64,000 bases of DNA from the human T2T-CHM13v2.0 reference genome, Homo sapiens. The stretch is from the NCBI RefSeq assembly GCF_009914755.1, contig NC_060935.1. One strand, written 5' to 3'. Every line of letters starts with the position of its first letter. The stretch's first letter is position 1. Of the stretch, positions 1 through 12,739 are shown one piece after another. The notes below the pieces were generated by a model. That model did not search any database. It was not told the DNA's origin and worked only from the letters and a program-made list of their open reading frames with translations. The position numbers were made by a program, and so were the translations under genes.

Positions 1-240
1 GCTTCATCATTAGTATCTGCCACTCTAGAGCAAACGTCCCCAGAAACTACCTTTAATGCTGTCTGCCATCTTTTTTATGTTGGGGAGCAACTAATTTTTC
101 TAAGTCTAATAAATTATACTATGAGAACCATGCATACTCAAGAGCTGGGTGCCTCTCTCCATAGTTCAGGGAGCATCACAGAGTCCTGTAGTTCTTTACA
201 AACAGCACTGCAATGTGGTTGTGAAAAAAATCAAGATCAC

Positions 241-300
241 TTCTCTCTTTCTCTCTCTCTCAATCTCTCTTTCTCTCCTCCCCCATGCCCCATCTCTCTC
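241..300. repeat. CT-rich low-complexity tract
   Basis: ttctctctttctctctctctcaatctctctttctctcc... Confidence 0.8.
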
Positions 301-999
301 TGAGGTCCCTAACTTACCTGGCCTGCCCACTTTGCTGGGAACCATTTAATGTCTGAGCATGGTGCTTGAAAAGATACCTGAGCATAGAAATGATTCTGCA
401 ACAGAAATGCCTGAGTTGTGTGAGTCTACTCAGCCAGTGAGGAGGATGTATTTGAGGGGCCTGCTGGTTCTATTCATTGTATTGTGATTTTCATCCTTTA
501 CTAGTCAGTGGCAGTGTTTATTTATAGGTAGACTCTGTTTTTGAGAATCACCACTTAGCATTATGGGCTATCTGGGTTGTAGTCACACCTAGCCACTTTA
601 CAAGTGTGTTTTCTGCAGTGGAAATATAATTTATATAATCACCTTACAGGAAAGGGCCGGAGCTACATTGGTTCATGAGTTTGATGTCGGCGACGTCCAT
701 GGACAATGCCAGGCCAGTTTCCCTAATGGCTTATACATGCCACCTCCATATCGTTCCTCCTCAGAACATCGATTTCCCCTACTGTCCTTGGCCAGACCCT
801 ACTTATCATTTTAATACCTTTCAGTTCCTGGCAGTCTTCATTTTAGTATTCTGATTTTTTTTGCCCTTTTTTTCTTTAAATATATTGGAACAGGGAGTTT
901 AGAGAGGCTACATCAGGGTCCTCTAACTGATTCTGAAGACACAAGAGAATCTCAGGACAGATTTTAGGTTCTCCCTGCCCTCAAGCCTGCTGTATACTG

Positions 1000-1270
1000 C
1001 TTGGAGTCAGGAGCTTTTGGGCCAAGCAGCTGTGGGACAGGAGCCTCTCACTCCTGCCAACTGTGAGAACCACCAGCCAGGGTGAGGTGCTTCATCCTGC
1101 TGAACATGATGTTTGCTTTTAAATCTAAAAACAGATATGATAGTACATTCCTCAGAGGAACTCTATGGATTTGTTAAATGAAATAATGCACATAAACAGC
1201 TTAGCCTGGTGCCTGAGTCCTAAGTGCTCAGTAATTATTAATTACTGCCATTATGACTATTATTTTATTG
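1000..1270 (+). mobile_element. MIR SINE fragment
   Basis: atagtacattcctcagagg...ttaaatgaaataatgcacataaacagcttagcctggtgcctg...taagtgctcagtaa resembles the MIR 3' half. Confidence 0.65.
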
Positions 1271-1693
1271 TTATTAATAGAACAGGTTAGAAACATGAGA
1301 AAGTTTTAGTGTAAATGCATACACATAAAAGTAAGGACACAGAGTCATAAAATAGTTTATATGAATCATTGCTGTAAGTTTCATGCCAGATAGTCCTTTA
1401 AATATTGAGCACACTGCACTTTCACCTTTTAATACTTATTTTATGAATGCAGTTAGTATGAACTCTTTCAGGTAGGCCAACTGTATAGAGTATTTAATGA
1501 ATCATTTTGAGTAAAAGGTAGCCCTGTATTGTTTTCTTTCTCAATTCCCATTTTATGGGCCCCAATGTTGTGTCACTGTTTCTTTCCCCAACATAAGGCA
1601 CAGTTGGTGAATGTGAATGTGGCTTCCTGTCCATCATTCAACCCAGGATGATGAAGGAATTTAGATACTACGTGATAGAAAAACAGTGTTCTG

Positions 1694-1980
1694 GTCTGGG
1701 CATGGTGGCTCACACCTGCAATCCCAGCACTTTGGAAGGTGGATTGTTTGAGTTCAGGAGTTTGAGACCAGCCAGGGCAACATGGTGAAACCCTGTCTCA
1801 ACAAAACATACAGAATTAGCCAGGCATGATAGCATGCACCTGTAGTCCCAGCTACTCGGGAGGCTGAGGTGGGAGGATCCCTTAAGCCCAGGGATCAAGG
1901 CTGCAGTGAGCCAAGATTGTACCACTGCACTCCAGCATGGATGACAGAGAGAGACCCTGTCCCCTACCACACACAAAAAA
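1694..1980 (+). mobile_element. AluJ SINE
   Basis: Dimeric Alu with J-type diagnostics (gaggtgggaggatc, aggctgcagtgagc, gaccctgtc); small left-arm deletion. Confidence 0.95.
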
Positions 1981-2105
1981 TGTTCACCATATACTATGCA
2001 TTCTCTCTCAATATATCTCTCTCTCCCCAGATACATAATATGTATTTATATATTTATTTAACATATATGCTAAATATCTGCATAATTATAAATGTACTCT
2101 AATAG

Positions 2106-2568
2106 CTTTTTAGTTTCCTAGGGCCAATATGACAAGTTACCAGAAACTTCATGGCTTAAAACATCAGGCATTTATTCTCTCACAGTCCTGGATGCCAGAA
2201 GTCTGAAATCAAGGTTTCCGCAAGGCCATGCCCTCTCTGAAGGCTCTAGGGAAGCATTCTTCCCTGCTTCCTCCAGCTTCCAGTGGCTCCAGGTATTCCT
2301 TGGCTTGAGGCTGCGTCACTCCAATCTCGGCCTCTGTCTTCACATTGCTTTCCACTCCATGTTCCATATCCCCCTCTGCCTTTCTCTTATAAGGATATCT
2401 GTCATTGGATTTAGGGTCTACCCAGGTAATCTAGGATGATCTCATCTTGAAGTCTTTAACCTAATTATATCTACAAAGATCCTTTTTCCAAATAGCATCA
2501 CATTCACGTATTCCAAGGGCTAGAATAGATATGTCTTTTGGGGGTACCCCCTGCAAACATGCTATAAT
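2106..2568 (-). mobile_element. MaLR solo LTR (MLT1C/D-like)
   Basis: tagtttcctagggcc...ggcttaaaaca...catttattctctcacagtcctgga...cttataagga...cattggatttaggg is the reverse complement of an MLT1 LTR. Confidence 0.88.
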
Positions 2569-3682
2569 CATTTTGTCACTTTATCATTTATGTTAAGTTT
2601 AGAAACAAAGTTTATTGCTATAACTGTAAAACTCAAGCAAACAAAAACAATGGTTCTTAATAGCTGAAAAAGTATATACCAATACCAAATGCTACTGGAA
2701 TGTTGAGATCTCTGCAACATGAGGTTGAAGGGAGGCACAATGCACACTTGTAGAAGCCGTTTGAGGAAGTCTGAATTTTCATGAAAGCCATTGATCCAAC
2801 CTGGACCACATGTCCATTCTTCCAAATGGGAACAGCTGTGGCAGGTCATGAAATGCATGTATCTGAAAAGGGGGGCTGTGGATCTTCCTTTGTGTTCTGC
2901 CTTTCAGAACCTGAGGAACTGATCCAAGCCAGCCATGGATGCTGGTAGAGGAAAAGTTTCTGCCAGATCTGCCTGGGCTTTAAGCCTCATCCTCTTTTCC
3001 CATCTTCACCCTGTGCTGTGATTGCCTTTGGGTTCTCCAGTGCCATGACTCAGAGATGCCCTCATGTGGGAACATGGCCAGTTCACTGCTTTAGTTGTCA
3101 TCCTCAGAACCCAGTAAGCTGGCAGGATGAATCAACATCAGACATAGAACTGATACAATTTGATATTTTAACCTCCAGTGCAAAACTGGACTGTCATCTC
3201 AATTATTTTCTGGGCCCCACACAACCATTTGACTGGCAGGAAGCCCATTCTGCTAAGTGGATATGGAAGGTATTTTGGATTTCATCCTGACCAGAGAATT
3301 CACAGACTATATTTAAATCAGCAAGAAATGCTTATGAAAATGCAGACATGGTTGCTATTGTTTTTGCCTTTAATTTCCATCATTAAACAAGGCAGATAGT
3401 GATGCATTACTGCCCATTTGAGGATTGGCTGAGCATTTCTAGAGAGCATTGAGACAGGGCTTCTTACCCTTTACTTACTGGGAGACAGCAGACTATGTCA
3501 TGACTGACACTTCCCTCCAGCTGCCTTGCTGACATTTAGCCAGCAAAAAGGCTTTCTCTAGATGCCTAGAGTCCTGGGGCATTCCCATGATGGGAACTCT
3601 TAAGCATATCCTTCTCTCCTTTGCAGAGTAAAACAAAACCCACAGAAAATCTGACAGAAAATGGAACAGAGCTAACCCTTAC

Positions 3683-3960
3683 TCTGCCATGCACTGTACC
3701 TGGGCTTTGTCCATGCCATCTCATTCAATTATCCTAGTGACCCTGTGAGGTAATATGAATGAATAAATGAAGCAGAATACATTATTTCAGCCTCAGGATG
3801 CTTATCTTTTGCTTTAAATTGCTACACAACACAGACATGATTTCTTATAACGAAGCCAAATCCCAAAGAGATTAAATTACTTCATGGAGCTCATGTGGAC
3901 CAAGCTGAGCCTTGAACCTGAACCTACTAACTGAAAATCTTTGTTCTTTCTATTACATCA
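3683..3960 (-). mobile_element. MIR fragment(s)
   Basis: gccatgcactgt...atctcattcaattatcctagtgaccctgtgaggta; agagattaaattactt...ttgaacct. Confidence 0.55.
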
Positions 3961-4202
3961 GGTTGCAAATTAATGCAGATACTGTGGTCTTGCCCTAATT
4001 CAAATTTCCCCTGGGCTTTGGACCTGCACCGTCAGAAGCAAAGGGGCATTTAAGATGCCAAGCAGCCTAAGTCACCTAAACAAGCTGCCCAGACAGCCCT
4101 GCAGTGAGCTGCCCTGACACCCAACTTCTGCTCAGAGGCTTCAGGAAAAACCCTCATCAGCCAGTGCAGTGTCCAGAAAGTTTGTAGGTTTTTCATGTAG
4201 TG

Positions 4203-4400
4203 AGAAAACCTGCATGTGAGTCCTGCTTAGGATTCTTACTGCTGCATAGCTTTGGGCAAGTCCCTTAATGTCTCCCATCCATCTTGTCCATCTGTGAAAT
4301 TGGGATAAGATCACTTGTTATGCTTCCAACAAGGAGGATGATGAGGGTAAAGATACACTGTAAACTATAAAAATGACTGTACAAATATTAAGGTGCTGTT
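4203..4400 (+). mobile_element. MIR fragment
   Basis: ttgggcaagtcccttaat...catctgtgaaattgggataa MIR core. Confidence 0.65.
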
Positions 4401-5011
4401 ACAAGGAGATATATACACTCAGAGATAGATGAAGACAGTCCCTGGCATTATGAATTCCCCAATTGTGATCACTGCCCATAAACACCCCAGGCTCTCACAG
4501 AAGCCTAAGATGCAAAAACTTTACCACTGCTTGTGTGCAAACACACCAAGCCACCTAAGCACTTTTGTTCTCATACGGTATTGGGTAGGGGACTTTTATG
4601 ATTGGAACCTGACAATATTTCCAAGGCCAATGTTTTGTTGACATCTGAACTTGCACAAATTGCCTCATGTGATTTATCACACTAAGTAGATGCCTAGTAA
4701 ATATTTGTTGAATGGATAAAAGAATGGCTACATGCCTTCTAGATTCTTTTCAGTGCATTGCAAAGGTTACTGTCATCATATCAGGGAGAATAAAGTGCTG
4801 ACCTTGCAGCCATCCTTGTCAATGCCTGGGTGCCTCTGCTGCTGCCTGCGAGGGCAGCCCAGGGCAGTCTCCAGGGCCGGGGGCCAAGGTGGCAGCCCCA
4901 GAGCCATCCTTTTGTCAGGCAGGCCAGGGGTGGGGGTGCCTCTGAAGCCTGCATTGACATATAGCATCTCTTTTTAGTAAAAGTGCCTCCCTAGTGCCAA
5001 GTACCCTGCTC

Positions 5012-5087
5012 AGTTGCAGGTCATGGGTTTTCTCTCTATCAATTATGTTCATGAGTTGCAGGTCTGAGGGTTCCCTCTATCAATTAT
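5012..5087. repeat. Degenerate ~42-bp tandem duplication
   Basis: agttgcaggtc...ctctatcaattat occurs at 5012 and 5054. Confidence 0.8.
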
Positions 5088-6539
5088 TTTTGGATTTTGA
5101 CCCCTGGATCAGTAATCATAATGCTAAATTTTGAGATGTCAAGCCAACATCCTGAATATTCCTGACTTCCTCACTGGGTGATGCTGAGGAAGAAGTAGTT
5201 TCTGATACCTGTCACTGTGTTTTGTTCTATCGAGGAAGACACACATACCACCCCGCCCCCCCGATAACTCTGATCCTTGGCCTTGTGCCTAAAATAAAAT
5301 GTTCACTTCCTAACACCCCTTTTCACATACTTCTCACTGGAGATAGACTTTTATGAATTTTCTATTATGAGTTCACGGACACATGTGATTACGTCCCCTT
5401 TGCTTTGCAATACAGAGATGTTACCACGTGACTTGACTGTCCTGAGGCCAAAAAACCCATAAAGATGACATACCAGGCTTGTTATGCGCACTGCTGCCTT
5501 TTCATAGCTCATTGCTGGCCCAGGTATTGCACTTTGGGGGCAGAGTCAGAAGTTAATTGAAGCGGCTGCCACATCGCATCTCACAGAGAATCCTTTCTCT
5601 AACATGCGTGACTGGTTATGTCTCCATGTAGTGATTCTTCTCTTTTGCTGTGCAAAGCATAACTGGAAATATAAAGTCTTGGGGAAGAGGGACTTTCTTC
5701 TTGATTGGAGTGAAAATATGACAGAGGCGGGACTTGTTGAGGAAGTGCTTGCTTCCATGGCTGTCAGCACTTTCCTCTAACAGAGTGAGCCATTTTTTCC
5801 AAAAAGTGTTTTTTTGATAATCTTCCTGCATTTTATATACTTCAGTCCATGTTAAGAAGTTTTCTGAGTAGATGGCAAAGAACAATTCTTAAAATGTGCG
5901 AATACCAAATGTAAGATAAAAAACATAATTGCAGTTTAGACTTCAGATTTATTTGAAAAGGGGATAATGATAGTAATTACCCAGTTTGAGTTTTGTAGAA
6001 GGCTAATTAGATCCCCAAAGCATTTGTATGCACAAGGAAAACCATAAATACAAAAGACCATCTGGTCCTTATCAGCTTACAACACTAATACTGTCTGTAA
6101 TTATTTTTTCTATACTGTTTTGATGTTGACATTTTATGGAGCAATACATTCTACGCTGGTTAGGGAATAACCTACATTTCTGAAAAGCTGGGGGTTTGCC
6201 CCCTTTTTTCCTAATAAAAGTTTTAGGACTCCAAAGGCAAAGAAGACACTGCTTTTCAGAAAAAAAAAAAAAACAGGTAAACATCTTTTCATTATACCCA
6301 TTTGTACTAGAAATGTGTTGTTTATAAACCTCTCTGGCTTATCTGACTTGTCTTGTTAGTAACTTAGTCTACTAAATGCTTGGATTCAGTTAAGTTTCTT
6401 TGTTTGCTTTTTTTTAGGTAAAGTTGGGAATGACACATTTAGCTGTGTTGTGTGTGCATAGAAATGCAGCCTTCATTAGTCACTACTTTCTATAGTTAGC
6501 GCTGTCCCTGGCAATTTGGATATTACAAAAGTATTTAAT

Positions 6540-6695
6540 AACATTATTTGTTTTCATGTTCATTCTTTGTCTCCCCTACTAGTGTGACAGAGATATTTGT
6601 CTCATTCATTTCATTTTATCTCCAGCTCCTACAACATTGCCTTGTACATGGTGGGTATTCCACAGCTCTGTGTTGAAGTGAATGGGTAAATGAAG
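6540..6695 (+). mobile_element. L2 3' end
   Basis: tgtctcccctactag...atctccagctcctacaacattgccttgtacatggtgggtattc...tgttgaagtgaatg. Confidence 0.7.
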
Positions 6696-6729
6696 TAAAA
6701 TACATGATTTAGATTTACATCATGTATTC

Positions 6730-7550
6730 TACTTCATTTATCCAATCGCTTCAACAAATAGCCTCTGGATGCTTATGACTGATTTGCTATCAATTGTTAC
6801 ATAACAAATAATCCCAAGATTTAATGTCTTACAACAATCAACATTTCATTCGATTTCAAGATTCTATAGGAATTCAGGCAGGAATTGGATGAGAATTCTT
6901 TAGTTCCGGATGGCATTGATGGAGGTCACTTGGTGGTGGTCAGCTGGTTGATGGACTGTCTAGAGAGCCCAGGACAGCTTCAGCATAGGCCTAGTTCATA
7001 AAATAGATGGATGGAAGGCTAGGCTCAGTTGCGACTGTTAACAAAAGTACCTGCATGTGGCTTTTTCTCATGGCTTAGAATTTCTACAACATGGCACATC
7101 AGGGTTCTAAGAAGTCCAGAGAGAATGTGCTAGTTGTCTGAGAAGATAAGCCTGAATTGCCATGACATTACTTCTACCATATTCTATTGGTCAAGCAAGT
7201 CACCAAGGCCAGCCCAGATTCAATGGGAGGATAATTAGACTCTTCTTCTCCATGAGAGAAGTACAAAAGAAATTGCAGCCATCTTTAATGTTTCATACCA
7301 GCTAGTTGAAGGGAAAGGCATACTTACTGAGCAACTCTAAAACAATGTTTAAACAAAAACACTAAGTTCCGTATGCAGAACTCTCACATTAATGCAGAGT
7401 AAGAAAATCAACATGAGGAAGGAAGTCTTCATGGAGGTCAGGTTTGAGTTTTGGGCTGAGCCTGGAAGAATAGATAAGGTTCAAATCATGAAGGTACTGG
7501 AGAAGAGTATTCCCAAAAAAGGAACATTTTGCTTAAACACAGATGTGCAC
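6730..7550 (-). mobile_element. L2 fragment (tail 6730-6780, resumes ~7300-7550) interrupted by an MLT1 LTR
   Basis: ttcatttatccaatcgcttcaacaaatag is the reverse complement of an L2 tail; ggaagtcttcatggagg...gagcctggaagaatag is L2 antisense. Confidence 0.55.
6778..7300 (-). mobile_element. MaLR solo LTR (MLT1H/G-like)
   Basis: tgttacataacaaataatcccaag...acattacttctaccatattctattggtcaagcaagtcaccaaggccagcccagattcaa...gcagccatctttaat. Confidence 0.8.
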
Positions 7551-9139
7551 CCAGAGTTGTCAACACTGATAACATTTATCTAGCAGCTGTTAGTTTGCAG
7601 TACATTAGTGATAAAAGGACATGGCCATCACCATTTTTGGAAGGACTTGTAGGAAACAGCATACACAATTTCTAAATGTATTTTCTGTGAAATGCTAATT
7701 GCATCCCTCATTACAGAATCCCTTGTGAGAATCATACTAGGCATAGCTTTTTTAGACCTGTTCTGCTTGCTTCTTTCTGATAAGAACTAGGACAATTCCT
7801 ATTTTCTTTTACCCATTGGCTTTTAGGATGCTCAGACCCAAGATTGAAACTGAATCAATAATGTTGAGCCTTCCATTTGGCATTTTTTGCAATATCCCCT
7901 TTTCTTTGATCTTAATACTTTAATTATCTTTCGTTTTGCTCTTTTGTAGCATGAATGGTTTGCTTTAATCTCTCTCAAAAACTTTCCACAAACTCAGTTG
8001 AGCAACTTAGAAAAAGATATATAAAGATGAATAAATAAAAGTTTGATCTTTATTTTAAAAGAACATATAGTTTAGGTAGGATTCATATACAGGAGGATGT
8101 TATGGACAACAGAACATTTGAGGAATGGACTCCAAATGACATAATTGCTCAAAATAAGATGAACAAGGTGAATTGTGGACACTGGATTGAGTCTTTGAAA
8201 GCTAGGATGAAGAGTCTAGTCATAACTGGAAAAACTCTACATCAATATTACATAGTATTTTAAACTGATACAGCATGCACTTTTCTGCAGAAGTTAAATA
8301 TTTCAAGGATATTCTGAACTCTTCTTCATCTAGGAAACAGATGATAATTCTTATAACATTTTTCAGCCCAATAGCATTGAGGGCTCAACATGAACAGCAG
8401 CTTCTACCAGGGGCTCTGGGAGATGTCAAGTCCAGTAAGATACATTTCCTACTTCCAATGAGCTTATAGTTTTGCAACCAATAAACTATCAATTAAATGG
8501 AATTTCCTCAATCATGTTTCTGGATCTTAATACCTCTGGCCCTCTAAACAAGGAACGCAGGAAACAGTAGACATTTGCTTCATGTTTGGTTGGAGAAATA
8601 GATTGCTCCAGGATAAGCAGGGTTTTAAAATAAATGTTAAAAGTACAGAACAGGAAATTATCAAGCAGAATATGTGCCTGTCTTCATGCTGTATGTTCAT
8701 CCAGTGAAAAAATATGCCTAGTTTTATTTCACTAGTAGACCTGGATTTCAGTAGGTTGATTTCATCTGTTAGGGATAGAAGAGCCGGAAAGAGGATTTCA
8801 GTAGGAATTCACCTGACCATGAGGAAAGTGGTCAAGGAATGAAGACATTGGAGGCATAAGGTCTTCTTCTCTTCCTTCTGGAGATTTGGTCTCTCATGCT
8901 CTATTCCTATGACAGTAGTGGTAGGTAGGGTAGGGAAGATGGCAGAGTTCTTTCTGGGATGAAGAGAGCAGATGAATTGCATTGCCATGTTTTAGTTTGG
9001 AGGAATGAGGCTTTCTGCAAAGAATGTATATGAAGATGATTACTTGAAGAAAAACTATAGTCATTGACCCCACTGAAAATCAGAGGAAGTGCTTTAATAG
9101 TTTTGCATATAAGTGGCACCTTTGACCACTCTTACCTTT

Positions 9140-9491
9140 GGGGGTGTGCTGTGCAGGCCCCTCCAGGACTAAGTCACCAATTCCTCCTGCTTCTGGAAGT
9201 TTTGGCAGTTGATGACTCTCAGCTGATTCTAGGAATAGCGTTCAGGTGAAGAGAGCCCCTTTGCCCTCTCCAGGGATAGGTCCAAATGCCTGGCCTGCCT
9301 CCCTCAGAGCAGAACAACACTGCAGTACCTTCCCAGCTCCAGAGCTCCTCCTGGATCCACTAATGCCTTCTGTCATTCGTTTTCTGCCTCTGCCCAATCC
9401 TACTCCCTTTACAGCCCCACAGCTGTTGACACTTTAAGCTACATGCTCATCTCCACCTCAGTTTGCTTCCTGGAGGATCTGAGCCCAAGAC
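9140..9491 (+). mobile_element. ERVL solo LTR (LTR16-like)
   Basis: cccagctccagagctcc...ctctgcccaatcctactcc...tgcttcctggaggatctgagcccaagaCA LTR16-type 3' end. Confidence 0.7.
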
Positions 9492-10640
9492 ATGGACCAT
9501 CTATAAAATTGTGTCCCAGAACCAGGATTCAACAAACCATTGTGACGGCCATGCTCATTGCCTTGGACTGGTGCCAGGCATGAAGATCCACATTTAAATA
9601 AGGCCTGTGAAGACACTGCAGTCGGAAGCTGTCCAGAAACGAGTATGGATCACACCGGAATACTGCAAAGTATCTCTGGATTACTTCCTCCAGAACTGAA
9701 CACTGACTCCCCTCTCCTTCTGCTCTCCCTTCTGTTTTCATCTCTTGTTTCTACAGCCCTGTTCTGAGTCCCACCTGCTCCATTTATCTTTATAATTTAG
9801 CTTCAAAATGCACCTGCCCAGTGAGGCATAAATGGTGATATTTGTCTCTCATATTCAGTGTGTGGAAAAGTGTCGGGGCACGTGAAGAAACAGATCTCAC
9901 CCTGGATTGTGATGAAGACTGGCATTTCTCCTAATTATAAAGAATATAGGATTCCTGGATCTATTGATTTCCATTAAACTTGTGTAGAGTTATGAATCTT
10001 AAAATGGAAGTTTACAACTATAGATACCTTAGGATAGCGTTTTATAGCAAGCAGGACTCTAGAGAGCACCATACAAATCAGCATTTGATGCTTGTCTTAG
10101 GGTTTTATGATTTAAAGAATTGCTTGTACTTTATCTGCAACTATATCCCAGCTATCCCTTGTAATTCTGGCCTGAGTGAGGGAAAAAGCTATTGCCAAGG
10201 TGAAGGCAGAGCTCTAGACCTCTCCTGAAATTGGTTATTTTCTTCCTTCACTCCCTTTTCCTTTTAGCTGCTGTTGAGGACTTGTTCCTTATCATGTTGC
10301 CAGTGGGTCCCTGCTCTGGATGTCCATCACTCATGATTTGGAAAGATTCTCCCCAAAGTTGCATAGCAGGAGTTTTGATTGTGCCTCAGCGCTTTGTTAG
10401 CCAGACCCTCATCACTGTGGGCTACACACATCGCCATGGAATGCAGGGATGTCAGAAAAATGAAACTGGGCCTTCCATCCTAATTTAAAGCCAGATGGGT
10501 CTGCCTTAGGTACGTTCTTATGTCAGCGATCTAGATATTAGATGGTGAGAGATCAAAGTGAAATCATAAGTGAATCCTCCTTTCTTCATTATCTTTTCTT
10601 ATTCTTTAAGCGAGCATTTGTTAAACACCCACTTTGTATG

Positions 10641-10643
<3 letters not shown>

Positions 10644-10685
<42 letters not shown>
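10644..10685. repeat. (AT)21 microsatellite
   Basis: Perfect 42-nt AT dinucleotide run. Confidence 0.98.
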
Positions 10686-10689
<4 letters not shown>

Positions 10690-11239
10690 CTTCTTTCTCT
10701 TTCTCTCCATTTTCTTTCTCCTTTTCACTTTATTTCTGTAGGAAATAATTGAAGTCATACCCAAAGAGAGTGCTGGGTGCTAACCTTTGTATACGGTGAA
10801 GAAAAGTTTCACCTGTCCACCTAAGAGTTATAAAACATTAGAGAACTGATGAATAGGTCTATAGGAGCTGATTGAAATGCCATTTTTTTTTTGCCATTAT
10901 GATTGGATGTATACCTTGCATCCTACCAGAATGCTGGTGTCTGTTCTTCCTTCCAGGAACCAGAGAGGGGACACTGGCTGCTCTTGAGGGTTATTTGTTC
11001 TAGCCTCTGGTGGAGATTGATGAACTATTCTTCCTTCTGCTTTACAAGATCTTAACTTCCTGATGACATGAGTCTTCCAGATATTGTATTTGTCCCCTGT
11101 ATGCTGGGGATTCTTGACAAATCTTAATATTCACAGCCTCGCTACATACCTATCCTTCTGTTTGCACTCATTAATACGCACTGTCCTTCTTATTTCAACA
11201 TTCAGCTATTGCTGAGTTCATGTGCTATTATTTTTCAAG

Positions 11240-11700
11240 TACACAGGGAGTAGTGGTTCCTTAGCACAGAGTCTTTGGAATCAGACAGCCCTAGGCAGTG
11301 GACATGCTGATAAGAATTGGCTCTTTAACAACAAAAAAGCCCTGATTGGTAATGCTTGCTGATTTTTGTGGTGTAAATACTCCCATTGCAGCCAATTTCA
11401 AGCTACCAAAGTGAAGTCATTGAACATGGAATTGAGGAAGATGAAAGCACAGTTGGTTGTCATGAGCTGGTGCCAGACACCGTCATCCCTAAGACTGAGC
11501 CCAAGATCACCCCTTGCTAGTTCTGGAGATCATTACTTAGCTCCTCTCAGTCTCACCTTCCTCATTTATGAAAGGGGGTTAATATGAAAATACTTACCTT
11601 AAAGGGATATTGTGAGGATTAAATGATATTTCATGAATAGCACTTAGTTTAGCAGGAGGAACATATTAATAACAATCATTCAGTAATGGATAGCTAGTTA
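11240..11700 (+). mobile_element. MIR split by a MER63A insertion
   Basis: MIR 5' (gtagtggtt...tttggaatcagacag) upstream of the insertion; MIR core/3' (ctcaccttcctcatttatgaaaggggg...tgtgaggattaaatga) downstream. Confidence 0.75.
11296..11485 (+). mobile_element. MER63A-like hAT (Blackjack) non-autonomous DNA transposon
   Basis: cagtgg...aaaaagccctgatt...gtggtgtaaatactccca...atttcaagctacc...; degenerate 8-bp TSD gccctagg (11288-95) / tccctaag (11486-93). Confidence 0.8.
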
Positions 11701-12739
11701 GCTAGGTATGCTAGGTACCTTAACCTCATCAGTAATGCAGCTTGCTCTCTGGAGTAAGCATTCCTTCGGATGAAGTTTTCAGTATAAACCAACTCAGTTC
11801 ATGATGTTGGTTTCAGTTGTGGAAAGGGGTTGGCCTCCTTTGGTTTGTGGATATACTTAACAAAGTAAGGCTGGTAGCCCTGCTCATCTCCTATAGTTCC
11901 AGCATCTTCTTTACTTTACAGCCAATTGTCAAATGGCTACTGTTCACAAAAGAGTCTGCTGTGCTAGATGTTGGGAGGAGAAATGCCTGAGTGTACCTAG
12001 ACCTTGCTCAGGCAGTTTGTGGTTTAGTGGAAGAAGACAGGAATGTGTGCAGGTAACGTGGAATTGTGAAGATGGCTGGGCTGAAGGGAGTCAGGGAAAC
12101 AAGCACCTTTGATGCTGCAGGCTACTTCCCATGAGGGCCCGTTTGGGCTTGGTCAATGCACTCAGCTTCAGGAATAGGCACAGTATGGAACATGCTTTCC
12201 TGGTGTGTGAATCATTCCCAAGTGTGGAGTAGAAAAGGCTTGTTGCTCCTCTAATCCCTTCTGGAACTATGTGTTCCTTCAGATTAGAGTCTCCATGGGG
12301 ACATCTGTGTCTTCTAATAGGAGTTGAGACACTTTTTTTTGTCTTAAAATAAATCCACCTGTCCCTACTGCATTCTTTCTCAGTCAGTCTGAGTCAAGGG
12401 TGCACAATAAATTCTTTGAAATTGTATTCATGATGAGAGCAGACACCTCTGCCAAAATGGTCAGTCCCCTGCACACTTCCAGATTTCCAGTTTTTCCTCC
12501 AGTCTATTTTCTTCCCCCAGATTGTGTAGGGAATGCGAATCCACCAGGTCACCATTTGTCTCTGTTAGACCATGCCAAAGCTATAGTTGTCAAAATTTTA
12601 TTCCCCAGCTCTTGAACTTCTAAGTGTTTGACGTTGTGTCTAACAACATCAAACATCTAAGCATCTAGGGGATGCTTTTCCTTAAAGAAATGAAAATCAA
12701 TTTGATCACTTGCATAAACTATTCATTTCCATTGTCCAT

